DNA of 40,660 nucleotides, taken from IMG/VR virus record IMGVR_UViG_3300049166_000011, positions 1 through 40,660 of that record; one strand, given 5' to 3'. Numbering within the stretch: the first letter of the stretch is position 1; each line of letters starts with the position of its first letter. Position numbers and translations under genes: made by a program. Below the pieces are notes generated by a model. It did no database searches and was not told where the DNA came from. It worked only from the letters and a program-made list of their open reading frames with translations. This DNA is from a virus. Taxonomy: Duplodnaviria; Caudoviricetes. This document shows, in pieces, positions 1 through 7,877 of the stretch.

Positions 1-2
1 CC

Positions 3-1415
3 CCACGCCCCTCCCAGTACCGGGGCGGCGTCGTCGGTACGGCAGCCCGGTTCTGGTGGGGCCGCCCACCCAACCCTGAGCAGATGCCCGCACGCATCCA
101 CGTGCCCATCGCCGGGGACATCGCCACAACGAACGCGGAACTCCTCTTCGGGGAAACCCCGACGCTCGTCGCCGAAGACCAGCCCACCCAAGAACGCCTC
201 GACATGCTCATGTCCGAAGGTGGCCTCGGCGCGGTCCTCCTCGAAGCCGCTGAAGTCGCCTCCCCCTACGGAGGCGTGTACCTGCGAGCATCCTGGGACA
301 AGCAAGTCGCAGACCATGTGCTCGCGGACGCGATCATCCCCGACTGCGCCGCACCCGAGTGGCGCGCCGGCCGTTTGGTCGCGGTGACGTTCTGGCGGGT
401 GCTGGAGGAGCGCGAGGACGGCCGTGTGTGGCGGCACCTGGAACGCCACGAGCCGGGCAGGGTGTACCACGGCCTGTACGAGGGCAGCCGGGACGCGCTC
501 GGGCAGAAGCTTCCCCTCGGAGACCGGCCGGAGACCAAACCGTTCGCTGTTGACGCTCAGGGCGGCATCACCACCGGGGCGACCGGGCTCGCCGTGGTGT
601 ACGTGCCGAACATCCGCCCCAACCGGCTCATGCGCGGTAGCCCCTTGGGGCGCTCCGACTACCAGGGCGCCGAACAGCTCATGGACGCCCTTGATGAGGC
701 GTACTCGTCGTGGATGCGCGACGTCCGGCTGGCCAAGGCGCGGCTGATCGTCCCGGACTCCTACCTGGACACGCACGGGCGCGGCGCTGCGGCGACGTTC
801 GATCTTGAGCGTGAGGTGTACGCGCAGATGCGCGGCCTCCAAGGCGGCGGCGACAAGTTCACCGACCTCATCAAGGAAGTCCAGTTCGACATCCGCGTGG
901 ACGAGCACGAGCGCACCGTCGAACACCTCCTGGAGCAGATCGTCCGCTCCGCTGGGTTCTCCGCTCAGACCTTCGGCGAGTCCGGTGACCTCGCGATCAC
1001 CGCTACCGAGGTGCAACACCGCGAACGGCGCACCTACGCCACCCGGGACCGCAAGATCGGGTACTGGCGGCCCGAACTCGCCCGGTTCGCCCAGGTGCTG
1101 CTGGAGATCGACCAGGCCCAGTGCGGAGCCAAGGTGACCCCGCAGCGTCCCACGGTCGATTGGCCTGATGGTGTGCAGGACGCCCCGGAGGCGACCGCGC
1201 GCACCGTGCAGCTTCTCGATGCTGCACGGGCCGCGTCGACGGAGGTGAAGGTGCGGATTGTGCACCCGGACTGGGATGACGACCAGGTCGCCGAAGAGGT
1301 GCAGCGTCTCAAGGACGAGAACCCTCCGGTGGACCTCCGCGCTGCGGCCGGTCTCGTCGGCGGGCAAGACGAAGGCGCCGACGAAGAGGAACCGTCGGCG
1401 CCCGAAGAGCCGTGA
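3..1415 (+). CDS. Phage portal protein, 5'-truncated by the window
   Basis: Frame is open from nt 3 (PRPSQYRGGVVGTAARFWWG). Motifs HVPIAGDIA, LGRSDY, LDEAYSSWMRDVRL, QFDIRVDEH. Lies upstream of scaffold and capsid. Confidence 0.9.
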   Translation, partial: PRPSQYRGGVVGTAARFWWGRPPNPEQMPARIHVPIAGDIATTNAELLFGETPTLVAEDQPTQERLDMLMSEGGLGAVLLEAAEVASPYGGVYLRASWDKQVADHVLADAIIPDCAAPEWRAGRLVAVTFWRVLEEREDGRVWRHLERHEPGRVYHGLYEGSRDALGQKLPLGDRPETKPFAVDAQGGITTGATGLAVVYVPNIRPNRLMRGSPLGRSDYQGAEQLMDALDEAYSSWMRDVRLAKARLIVPDSYLDTHGRGAAATFDLEREVYAQMRGLQGGGDKFTDLIKEVQFDIRVDEHERTVEHLLEQIVRSAGFSAQTFGESGDLAITATEVQHRERRTYATRDRKIGYWRPELARFAQVLLEIDQAQCGAKVTPQRPTVDWPDGVQDAPEATARTVQLLDAARAASTEVKVRIVHPDWDDDQVAEEVQRLKDENPPVDLRAAAGLVGGQDEGADEEEPSAPEEP

Positions 1416-1421
1416 CCTGCC

Positions 1422-1616
1422 CTAGGTCCCGATGGGATAGCTGTAGCTGTCGCCTCCTCTGCCTTCCTCGTCGGCGCTGACGACCAGCGCGTAGGCCTCA
1501 GCGAGGTCCTTGAGGTTGCCGGGGTTTCCGGAGAGCGGGGCCATGTGCGCGATCTGCTTGAGGATCGCCTCCCGCACCTGAGCCTGAAGGTCCTGTGTGT
1601 CCTGTGATTCAGCCAT
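1422..1616 (-). CDS. 64-aa hypothetical protein in reverse orientation (moron-like)
   Basis: Fills the portal-scaffold gap. TAGGGT -10 box 6 nt before the ATG (leaderless geometry). Confidence 0.7.
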   Translation of the reverse strand: MAESQDTQDLQAQVREAILKQIAHMAPLSGNPGNLKDLAEAYALVVSADEEGRGGDSYSYPIGT

Positions 1617-1653
1617 GCGCCAACCCTAGACCCACGCCCTGACATGCCAGGGC
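1617..1653 (-). promoter_or_regulatory. Leaderless promoter and 18-bp near-palindrome
   Basis: TAGGGT (1628-1623)-N6-ATG; GCCCTGACATGCCAGGGC at 1636-1653. Confidence 0.55.
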
Positions 1654-1716
1654 TTCTCCCCATATCCACCAGCAGAGGCCACCCGGGCGGTGGTCTCTTC
1701 GCATTTGGAGACCACC

Positions 1717-2439
1717 ATGCACCTTCCGTCGGCGCCGGGCGCGCTCCTCGGATACCGCAAGAACGGCCGCCCCATCTACCTCATGGCAGGCGGCTCCGGA
1801 GAAGGCGACCCGACCCCCGCGCCGACGCCTGCTCCCCCGGCGCCCACGCCGGAACCGCCGGACACCGACACCGCCCCCCAGCAGGACAAGGGCCCGGAGC
1901 CCAAGACCTTCGACGAGGCCTACGTCAAGAAGCTCCGCGACGAAGCCGCCTCCCGACGCGCCACCGCCAAGGAGCTGGAAACCAAGCTCACCGAAGCGGA
2001 GCAGCGCCAGCAGGCTCAGATGGACGCCATCGCAAAGGCTCTCGGCCTGAAGGAAGACGACTCCCCGCCCGACCCGGAGCAGCTCACCAAGCAGCTCACC
2101 GCCGCGCAGGAGCAGGCACAGCAGCGCGAGGCGGAGCTGCGCACCCTGCGTGTGGAGCGTGCCGCCGAGAAGGCCGCCCGTGAGCACGGCGCGGACGTCG
2201 ACACCCTCCTCGACAGCCGGTCCTTCGCGAGCAAGCTCAGCGATCTCGACCCCACGGCGGACGACTTCGCCACGGCTGTGAGCGACCTGGTCAAGACCAC
2301 CGTCGACTCCAACCCCAAGTACAAGGCCACCCAGGCGGCGGCCTCTTCCAGCGCGGACTTCTCCAGCGGGCCTGGTGAGCAGCGCACACGCAAGCCCATC
2401 GGACTACACGCCGCCTTCCGCAACCACTACGGCGGCTAA
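1717..2439 (+). CDS. Capsid scaffolding protein
   Basis: GGAG RBS at 1707-1710. Pro-rich N-terminus, YVKKLRDEAASRR, coiled coil. Directly before the capsid gene. Confidence 0.85.
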   Translation: MHLPSAPGALLGYRKNGRPIYLMAGGSGEGDPTPAPTPAPPAPTPEPPDTDTAPQQDKGPEPKTFDEAYVKKLRDEAASRRATAKELETKLTEAEQRQQAQMDAIAKALGLKEDDSPPDPEQLTKQLTAAQEQAQQREAELRTLRVERAAEKAAREHGADVDTLLDSRSFASKLSDLDPTADDFATAVSDLVKTTVDSNPKYKATQAAASSSADFSSGPGEQRTRKPIGLHAAFRNHYGG

Positions 2440-2458
2440 CCGCTACTAGGAGACACAC

Positions 2459-3526
2459 ATGCCCGTCACTATGGCGATGGCGCAGGTCAACGCCCGCGAC
2501 GACATCGAACACGAGGTCATCGACAACCTTCGCCGCTACTCGTGGCTGTGGGATCAGATGATCTTCGACGACGCGGCCACCCCGGGCGGTGGCGGTGGCA
2601 CCCTCATCTACGGGTACACGCGCCTGAAGACCGCGCGCGGCGCGTCCTTCCGTGCGTTCAACACCGAGTACCCGGCTGACATGGCTGAGCGCGAGCAGTT
2701 CACCGTGTCGCTGAAGCCGTTCGGTGGCGCGTTCACGTTGGACCGCAAGCTCCGCAACCTCGGCCCGGCTGCGCAGAACGAGATGACGTTCCAGACGCAG
2801 CAGCTCATCACCGGGTCCACGATCGCGTGGCAGAACGAGATCATCCACGGCGACACCGCAGTCAACGCGCTCGGCTTCGACGGTCTCGACAAGTCCCTGA
2901 CCGGCACGGACACCGAGTACCTGCCGTCCGCGAACGGCGTCACCTCCGGCTACCTGGACTGGCGCGGGTCCGTGGTGAACACGCAGGCGCTCGCGATGGC
3001 TCAGCTCGACATCCTCGACGACTGGCTGTCCAAGATCGTCCCCAGCACGACCGGCGGCGGCGACCAGGGGCAGCCCGGCGCGCTCCCGCCCGGACGCAAG
3101 GCCATCCTCGGCAACACGAAGAGCATCACCCGCATCAAGAGCCTGGCGCGGTGGGCGGGCATGTACACCGCTGAGCGCGACGACATGGGGCGCCACGTCG
3201 AGATGTACGGCCAGTGGGTGCTGATGGACATCGGCGACACCTTCGACGGTTCGGGGCCGATCATCCCGATCGAGTCCCGTGACCCTGATGGTGGGGGCGC
3301 TGGCAGCACCGTGACGGGGCTCACCGACCTGTACGCCGTGTCGTTCGGCATGGACGCGTTCCACGGCGTGTCCATGGCCTCTTCGCCGCTGGTCGAGTTC
3401 TACGCCCCGGACTGGGACACCCCCGGTGCCGTCAAGAGCGGCGAGCTGGAGATCGGTCCCGCTGCGGTGGTCCTGAAGAACACTAGGGCGTGCGGTGTGC
3501 TCCGCAACGTCCGTGTGAGCGGGTGA
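2459..3526 (+). CDS. Major capsid protein
   Basis: 355 aa, AGGAG RBS, motifs FRAFNTEY and FDGLDK, synteny. Confidence 0.9.
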   Translation: MPVTMAMAQVNARDDIEHEVIDNLRRYSWLWDQMIFDDAATPGGGGGTLIYGYTRLKTARGASFRAFNTEYPADMAEREQFTVSLKPFGGAFTLDRKLRNLGPAAQNEMTFQTQQLITGSTIAWQNEIIHGDTAVNALGFDGLDKSLTGTDTEYLPSANGVTSGYLDWRGSVVNTQALAMAQLDILDDWLSKIVPSTTGGGDQGQPGALPPGRKAILGNTKSITRIKSLARWAGMYTAERDDMGRHVEMYGQWVLMDIGDTFDGSGPIIPIESRDPDGGGAGSTVTGLTDLYAVSFGMDAFHGVSMASSPLVEFYAPDWDTPGAVKSGELEIGPAAVVLKNTRACGVLRNVRVSG

Positions 3527-3529
3527 CCC

Positions 3530-3868
3530 ATGAGGTACGACGTGACAGCGCCCGTGAAGGGCTACAACGGCGTCGTGGGAGGGGTGACCTTCTACCGGGG
3601 CCACGGCCACGTGGACGGGTCGGAGAACCCGGCTGCGGTGGCGTACTTCCGCCGTCGCGGTTACACGCTCACCGAGGTCCGCGAGGAGCAGCTGGAGCAG
3701 CCCGCGGAGACGCAGGGCGAGCCCCCTGCCAGGCCGAAGCCGGTCGACTCCAAGGACAAGTGGGTGGCGTACACCGTCGCGACCACCGACCTCACCGAAG
3801 CCGAAGCCGCTGACCTCACCAAGGCGGAGCTCCAGGAGCTCGCAGACACCAAGGAGCAGACCTCATGA
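3530..3868 (+). CDS. Small head-region protein
   Basis: 112 aa, C-terminal WVAY...TKAELQ helical motif, follows the capsid gene. Confidence 0.7.
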   Translation: MRYDVTAPVKGYNGVVGGVTFYRGHGHVDGSENPAAVAYFRRRGYTLTEVREEQLEQPAETQGEPPARPKPVDSKDKWVAYTVATTDLTEAEAADLTKAELQELADTKEQTS

Positions 3869-4053
3869 GCCACGTCGCAGGAGCCTTCACCGGCATCATC
3901 CGGGACAAGCTCGCAGAGATCGACGAGGGCGGCAGCGGCATGACCGGCACCGCACCGACCGTCGCGGACTCCACCGCCACCGACGTCACCGAGCTAGTGG
4001 CGGACTTCAACGCGCTGCTGGCCGCACTCCGAAGCCGCGGCGTCATCGCCTAA
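3865..4053 (+). CDS. Head fibre/decoration-like protein
   Basis: C-terminal VADSTATDVTELVADFNALLAALR motif; ATGA overlap. Confidence 0.75.
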   Translation: MSHVAGAFTGIIRDKLAEIDEGGSGMTGTAPTVADSTATDVTELVADFNALLAALRSRGVIA

Positions 4054-4067
4054 GAAGGAGGTGTCCC

Positions 4068-4466
4068 GTGCCTGTGTACGCCACCCCGCAGGAGCTCGCC
4101 GAATGGCTGGGCCTGTCTGAGCCGCCCGCTGGCGCGTCGCAGGCGCTACGGGACGCCTCCCTCGCGGTGGACACGCTCCTCGTCGGCGCCGTGTACGCGG
4201 TGGACGACGAGGAGCAGCCCACCGACCCGAAGGTCATCGCTGCTTTGAGGGATGCGACGTGCGCTCAGGCGGCTTTCAAGCCGAAGGGCAGCAACACCCC
4301 GGCGTCTGAGGGAGGGAAGGTCGCGTCCGTCAAGGTCGACAAGGTCTCCAAGACCTACGCGGTGTCCCCGACGACGGGCGCGGTCGTGGAGGACGTCTAC
4401 TCGTCGCAGGCCGTGGACATCCTCCGTATCGCTGGGCTCATCCCCGCTCATCCGGTGGTGATCTGA
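4068..4466 (+). CDS. Head-tail adaptor
   Basis: YATPQEL...ALRDATCAQA; AAGGAGG RBS; synteny. Confidence 0.8.
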   Translation: MPVYATPQELAEWLGLSEPPAGASQALRDASLAVDTLLVGAVYAVDDEEQPTDPKVIAALRDATCAQAAFKPKGSNTPASEGGKVASVKVDKVSKTYAVSPTTGAVVEDVYSSQAVDILRIAGLIPAHPVVI

Positions 4467-4834
4467 TGCTGCCGATCGTGACGGATCAGGTGTACGTGCT
4501 GCGTCCGCCGATCGTGGAGGACGCACACGGCAACCGGTCCCGCAGCGCGAAGGACTGGAAGCACGCAGTGCGAACCGGGCCTCACGACGCATGCGTGCAG
4601 CCCGACTCCGCGACGCTCGGAGCGTCACTGGCCACCAAGGAAACCCGCAAGGGTGGCCGCGAGCAGCTCAGCAAGTCTGTGCAGGTGTTCCTCAACCCTG
4701 GCGTGGACGTGCTCGCCACAGACGGCCTGGAGATCAACGGCCGCGTGTGGCAGATCAACGGCGAGCCCTTCGAACTGCCGGACGTGGGTGGCCTCGGCCA
4801 CATGATCCTCAAGGGCGACTGGGTCAGGGGGTGA
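4466..4834 (+). CDS. Head-tail stopper/closure protein
   Basis: DAHGN...DW...VQP, WQINGEP; TGATG overlap. Confidence 0.8.
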   Translation: MLPIVTDQVYVLRPPIVEDAHGNRSRSAKDWKHAVRTGPHDACVQPDSATLGASLATKETRKGGREQLSKSVQVFLNPGVDVLATDGLEINGRVWQINGEPFELPDVGGLGHMILKGDWVRG

Positions 4835-4838
4835 ACCC

Positions 4839-5228
4839 ATGACACGAGTCAAGCTGAACACCGCCGTGATCCGCACCTTCGGATCCCTGCCCGACGTGGA
4901 CCGCGACCTCCGACGCCGCGCCCACCGGGTGCAGGCCATGGCCCAAGGGCGCGGCCCTATCGACACGGGCGAGTACGTGCAGTCCATCGGCGTCGGACGC
5001 ATCCCCGGATCCCCGAGGGCAGGGTGGCGCATCGAAGCGACCGCAGACCACTCGTGGTTCGTGGAACGCGGCACCCGACCGCATGAAATCCGCCCCCGGG
5101 TCAAGAAGGCCCTGTTCTGGCCCGGTGCTGCCCACCCTGTCGGCCGCGTCTGGCACCCGGGCACCCGGGCCACCCACAACCTCGCTGAGGCCTTGGAGCT
5201 CGGGGCGCGAGGCGACACACACGCATAG
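4839..5228 (+). CDS. HK97 gp10-like tail completion protein
   Basis: PIDTGEYVQSI...FVERGTRPHEIRP...VWHPGT. Confidence 0.85.
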   Translation: MTRVKLNTAVIRTFGSLPDVDRDLRRRAHRVQAMAQGRGPIDTGEYVQSIGVGRIPGSPRAGWRIEATADHSWFVERGTRPHEIRPRVKKALFWPGAAHPVGRVWHPGTRATHNLAEALELGARGDTHA

Positions 5229-5236
5229 GAGCCAAC

Positions 5237-5446
5237 ATGCCGTTCGTGAAGTTCAGCTACCCCGTCAGCGGACACAAGGTCGGTGAGCCCGTGCACGTCG
5301 ACGAGGCGACCGCGGACCGGTACATCCGTGACGGGGTCGCCACCAAGACGGACCCGCCCAAGGTGGAGCCGAAGGAGAAGCCCTCCGAGGTGCGGCCCCC
5401 GGCGAAGGTGCCTGCGAAGGCCCTGGAGAAGAAGCCCAGTGAGTGA
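5237..5446 (+). CDS. Hypothetical protein, 69 aa
   Basis: AGGAG RBS; fills the operon gap. Confidence 0.7.
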   Translation: MPFVKFSYPVSGHKVGEPVHVDEATADRYIRDGVATKTDPPKVEPKEKPSEVRPPAKVPAKALEKKPSE

Positions 5447-5702
5447 CCGCGTCGCTGATGTCATCCGCGTGGAACGCCACGGCGACTCCCTGCGCATCAC
5501 CATCGACGGCCAGGAGCTGCCCTGCGACGTGGACCCGTCCGGGGTGCAGCAGGTCATTGGCGTGGGCGCACACCCGGGCCTGATGCTGACCATCCCGGCG
5601 CGGCGTGTGGTCACCGAAGACAGCCTGGACGAGCGCCGCTCCCCGGAGAAGCAGGCCGCGCTCCGAGCGAAGATCGACCGGCTGTCCCCACCCGGCTCGT
5701 AA
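5439..5702 (+). CDS. Hypothetical protein, 87 aa (GTG start, MSDRVADV)
   Basis: Start reassigned to overlap the upstream gene end; GGAG upstream. Confidence 0.6.
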   Translation: MSDRVADVIRVERHGDSLRITIDGQELPCDVDPSGVQQVIGVGAHPGLMLTIPARRVVTEDSLDERRSPEKQAALRAKIDRLSPPGS

Positions 5703-5712
5703 AAGGGGGTGG

Positions 5713-6147
5713 ATGGTGGCTCCGCTGGTGATCTTCCCTGATGCGCAGCTCGTCGCAATCACCTACCTGCGGCCCGCCCTCGCAGGCACCGTCGGATACG
5801 TGGCCTCAGAGCCACCCGGGCCAGCCGAGTTTCCCGACGACGTGCCGGTGCTGCTCGTGGACGCCCTGCGGCCCCCGCCCATGCCGAACCGGTGGGCTTT
5901 GGCTGCCGCGAGGCTGCTCTTCACCGTCACCGCGCCCGACCAGCCCACCGCGAACCATGTCGCCAACGTCGTGAACGCCCACGTGCGCGCCATGTCCGGC
6001 GCCACGGTGGCCCTGCCCGGCGGTACCGCCACCGTGTCCACGGTCCGTGACGTGGCCACACCCGAGTCCGGCGACGACTCCAACCCCAACTACAGGACCG
6101 CGGCTTTCTCTGCTGTGCCGCTTCTGCGTCCGCTCCACACCACCTGA
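5713..6147 (+). CDS. Tail terminator protein
   Basis: FPDAQLVAITYL N-terminus; immediately before the major tail gene. Confidence 0.75.
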   Translation: MVAPLVIFPDAQLVAITYLRPALAGTVGYVASEPPGPAEFPDDVPVLLVDALRPPPMPNRWALAAARLLFTVTAPDQPTANHVANVVNAHVRAMSGATVALPGGTATVSTVRDVATPESGDDSNPNYRTAAFSAVPLLRPLHTT

Positions 6148-6224
6148 CCTGCGACCCGCCCAACCCCCGCGCACCTGCGTATGGGGGCATTCGTCGTGCC
6201 CGGACGGGCGCAAGGAGGAACCTC

Positions 6225-7043
6225 ATGGCCGACAACCCCGACGCTCTCCGGGTAGCAATCGACGGCGGTATGGCCGTCATCGCCCCCCTCGGGACCACCG
6301 CGCCGACCGGCCTCGCAGCATGGGGCTCCGGGTGGCGGCGCCTGGGCCTGATCGCTGACAGCGGCGTCACTGAGTCCTCGGAGACGGAGCGCACCGAGCG
6401 CCGCCCCTGGGGGTACAAGTCGCCGGTCCGCACCGACATCACCACCGTGTCGTACACGGTCGCGTTCACCTGCTGGGAGACGAACCCTTATACCTTGGCT
6501 CTCCACTCCGGGCAGCCGCTGTCGGGGTTCTCGTCCCTGAGCGGAGGGGTCGTGCACCAAGCGGTTCGCCGCCCCTCCGGCCAGCAGCTGTACATGCTCG
6601 GCATCGACGAATTCGACGGCGACAACCACATCCGCACCGTGATCCCTCGCGCGGAGGTCACCCAGCCCGGCGAGGTCGTTAAGAACGCCGAAGAGGTCCG
6701 CGGATACCCGCTCACCTGGACCGCCTACGAGCTGTCCGACGGGCACCTGTTCGACCGTTACCTGTTGTGCGACGGCATGTTCGTGCCCATGCAGTCCATT
6801 GAGGTCAGCGGCACCGCGACCGTCGCCGTCGCCGCGACCACCGTCCTGACCGCTGAGGCCACCGGGTACGGCAACGACGCCGAAGTCACCGATGTCACCG
6901 CCACCGCTACATGGGAAACCTCCGACCCCGCCGTGGCCACTGTGTCCGGCGGCACCGTGACGGGTGTGTCTGCGGGCACCGCGACGATCTCCGCGTCCAT
7001 CGGAGGGGCGGTCGGCACCCTCGAAGTCACCGTCACCGCTTAG
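6225..7043 (+). CDS. Major tail protein with C-terminal Ig-like domain
   Basis: LGLIADSGVT...YPLTWTAY; tail ATWETSDPAVATVSGGTVTGVSAGTATISA. Confidence 0.9.
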   Translation: MADNPDALRVAIDGGMAVIAPLGTTAPTGLAAWGSGWRRLGLIADSGVTESSETERTERRPWGYKSPVRTDITTVSYTVAFTCWETNPYTLALHSGQPLSGFSSLSGGVVHQAVRRPSGQQLYMLGIDEFDGDNHIRTVIPRAEVTQPGEVVKNAEEVRGYPLTWTAYELSDGHLFDRYLLCDGMFVPMQSIEVSGTATVAVAATTVLTAEATGYGNDAEVTDVTATATWETSDPAVATVSGGTVTGVSAGTATISASIGGAVGTLEVTVTA

Positions 7044-7125
7044 AAGCTGCCGCCCGGGTGTTCTCGCAGGTCCACCCGGGCGGCTCGTTCACACCTTGAC
7101 CTGCGCGACCTGCGAGGAGGGCCGC

Positions 7126-7476
7126 ATGGCCACCAAGAAAACCGACCAGCCCGACTTGACCGGATACGACGTCGTCGACGTCTCCGAGCTCGACTACGAC
7201 ATCGGGCAGCGCAACGAAGCCCTGGACAAGAAGTGGGCGTTCAAGGTCAACGGCACCTTCTACAAGGTCAAGCCGATGTCGGAGTGGTCGTTCCGCACCG
7301 AGGACGCCTTCAACCGCAGCGACTTCCGCACGTGGGCGCGAGGGGCTCTCGTTGAGCGGGACCAGTTCGAGCGGCTGCTCGACGAGCAGTCCGAGCAGTG
7401 GGTGCGGATCGTGCAGCACATCATCCGTGAGAGCAGGGCCTCCTCGGGGGAAGGCGGCAGCTCCTCCGACTCCTGA
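7126..7476 (+). CDS. Tail assembly chaperone (G-like)
   Basis: GAGGAGG RBS; between the major tail and tape measure genes. Confidence 0.85.
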   Translation: MATKKTDQPDLTGYDVVDVSELDYDIGQRNEALDKKWAFKVNGTFYKVKPMSEWSFRTEDAFNRSDFRTWARGALVERDQFERLLDEQSEQWVRIVQHIIRESRASSGEGGSSSDS

Positions 7477-7865
7477 AGAAGTACCCGGAGGAGATTGAGC
7501 TTGACCTGCTCGACCGGCCCACCCCGGTGGACCTCCTGGACTACTACCGAGGACAGATCAGCACGCGCCGCATGATCCTGCTCGTCGTCAAGGACCGGGC
7601 GCGCATGCCCCGGCTGCGGACCGCGCTGGCCGGACATGACCCGTGGGAGCCGATCTACGGGGAGCTGGAGTACGGGATCGCCGCCCTGAACGACCAGGCG
7701 CAGATCCTGTCACGGAAGGTCCACGTCGCACACGGGCTCAAGCCGAAACTGGGGGACTTCCACCCCTACCCGCGGCCCGGTGACAAGCCGCCCAAGCCCG
7801 TTGGGCCGCCCAAGCTCACCAAGCAGCAGCGCGACTACCTGGAGCAGTTCGCTCCCGCCGCATAG
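7446..7865 (+). CDS. Tail chaperone extension (T-like) reached by -1 frameshift at GGGGGAA (7446-7452)
   Basis: The -1 frame is open from the slippery site: RRQLLRLLKKYPEEIELDLL...DLLDYYRG...PYPRPG. Confidence 0.8.
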   Translation, partial: GGRRQLLRLLKKYPEEIELDLLDRPTPVDLLDYYRGQISTRRMILLVVKDRARMPRLRTALAGHDPWEPIYGELEYGIAALNDQAQILSRKVHVAHGLKPKLGDFHPYPRPGDKPPKPVGPPKLTKQQRDYLEQFAPAA

Positions 7866-7877
7866 AGGGGGTGGGCG

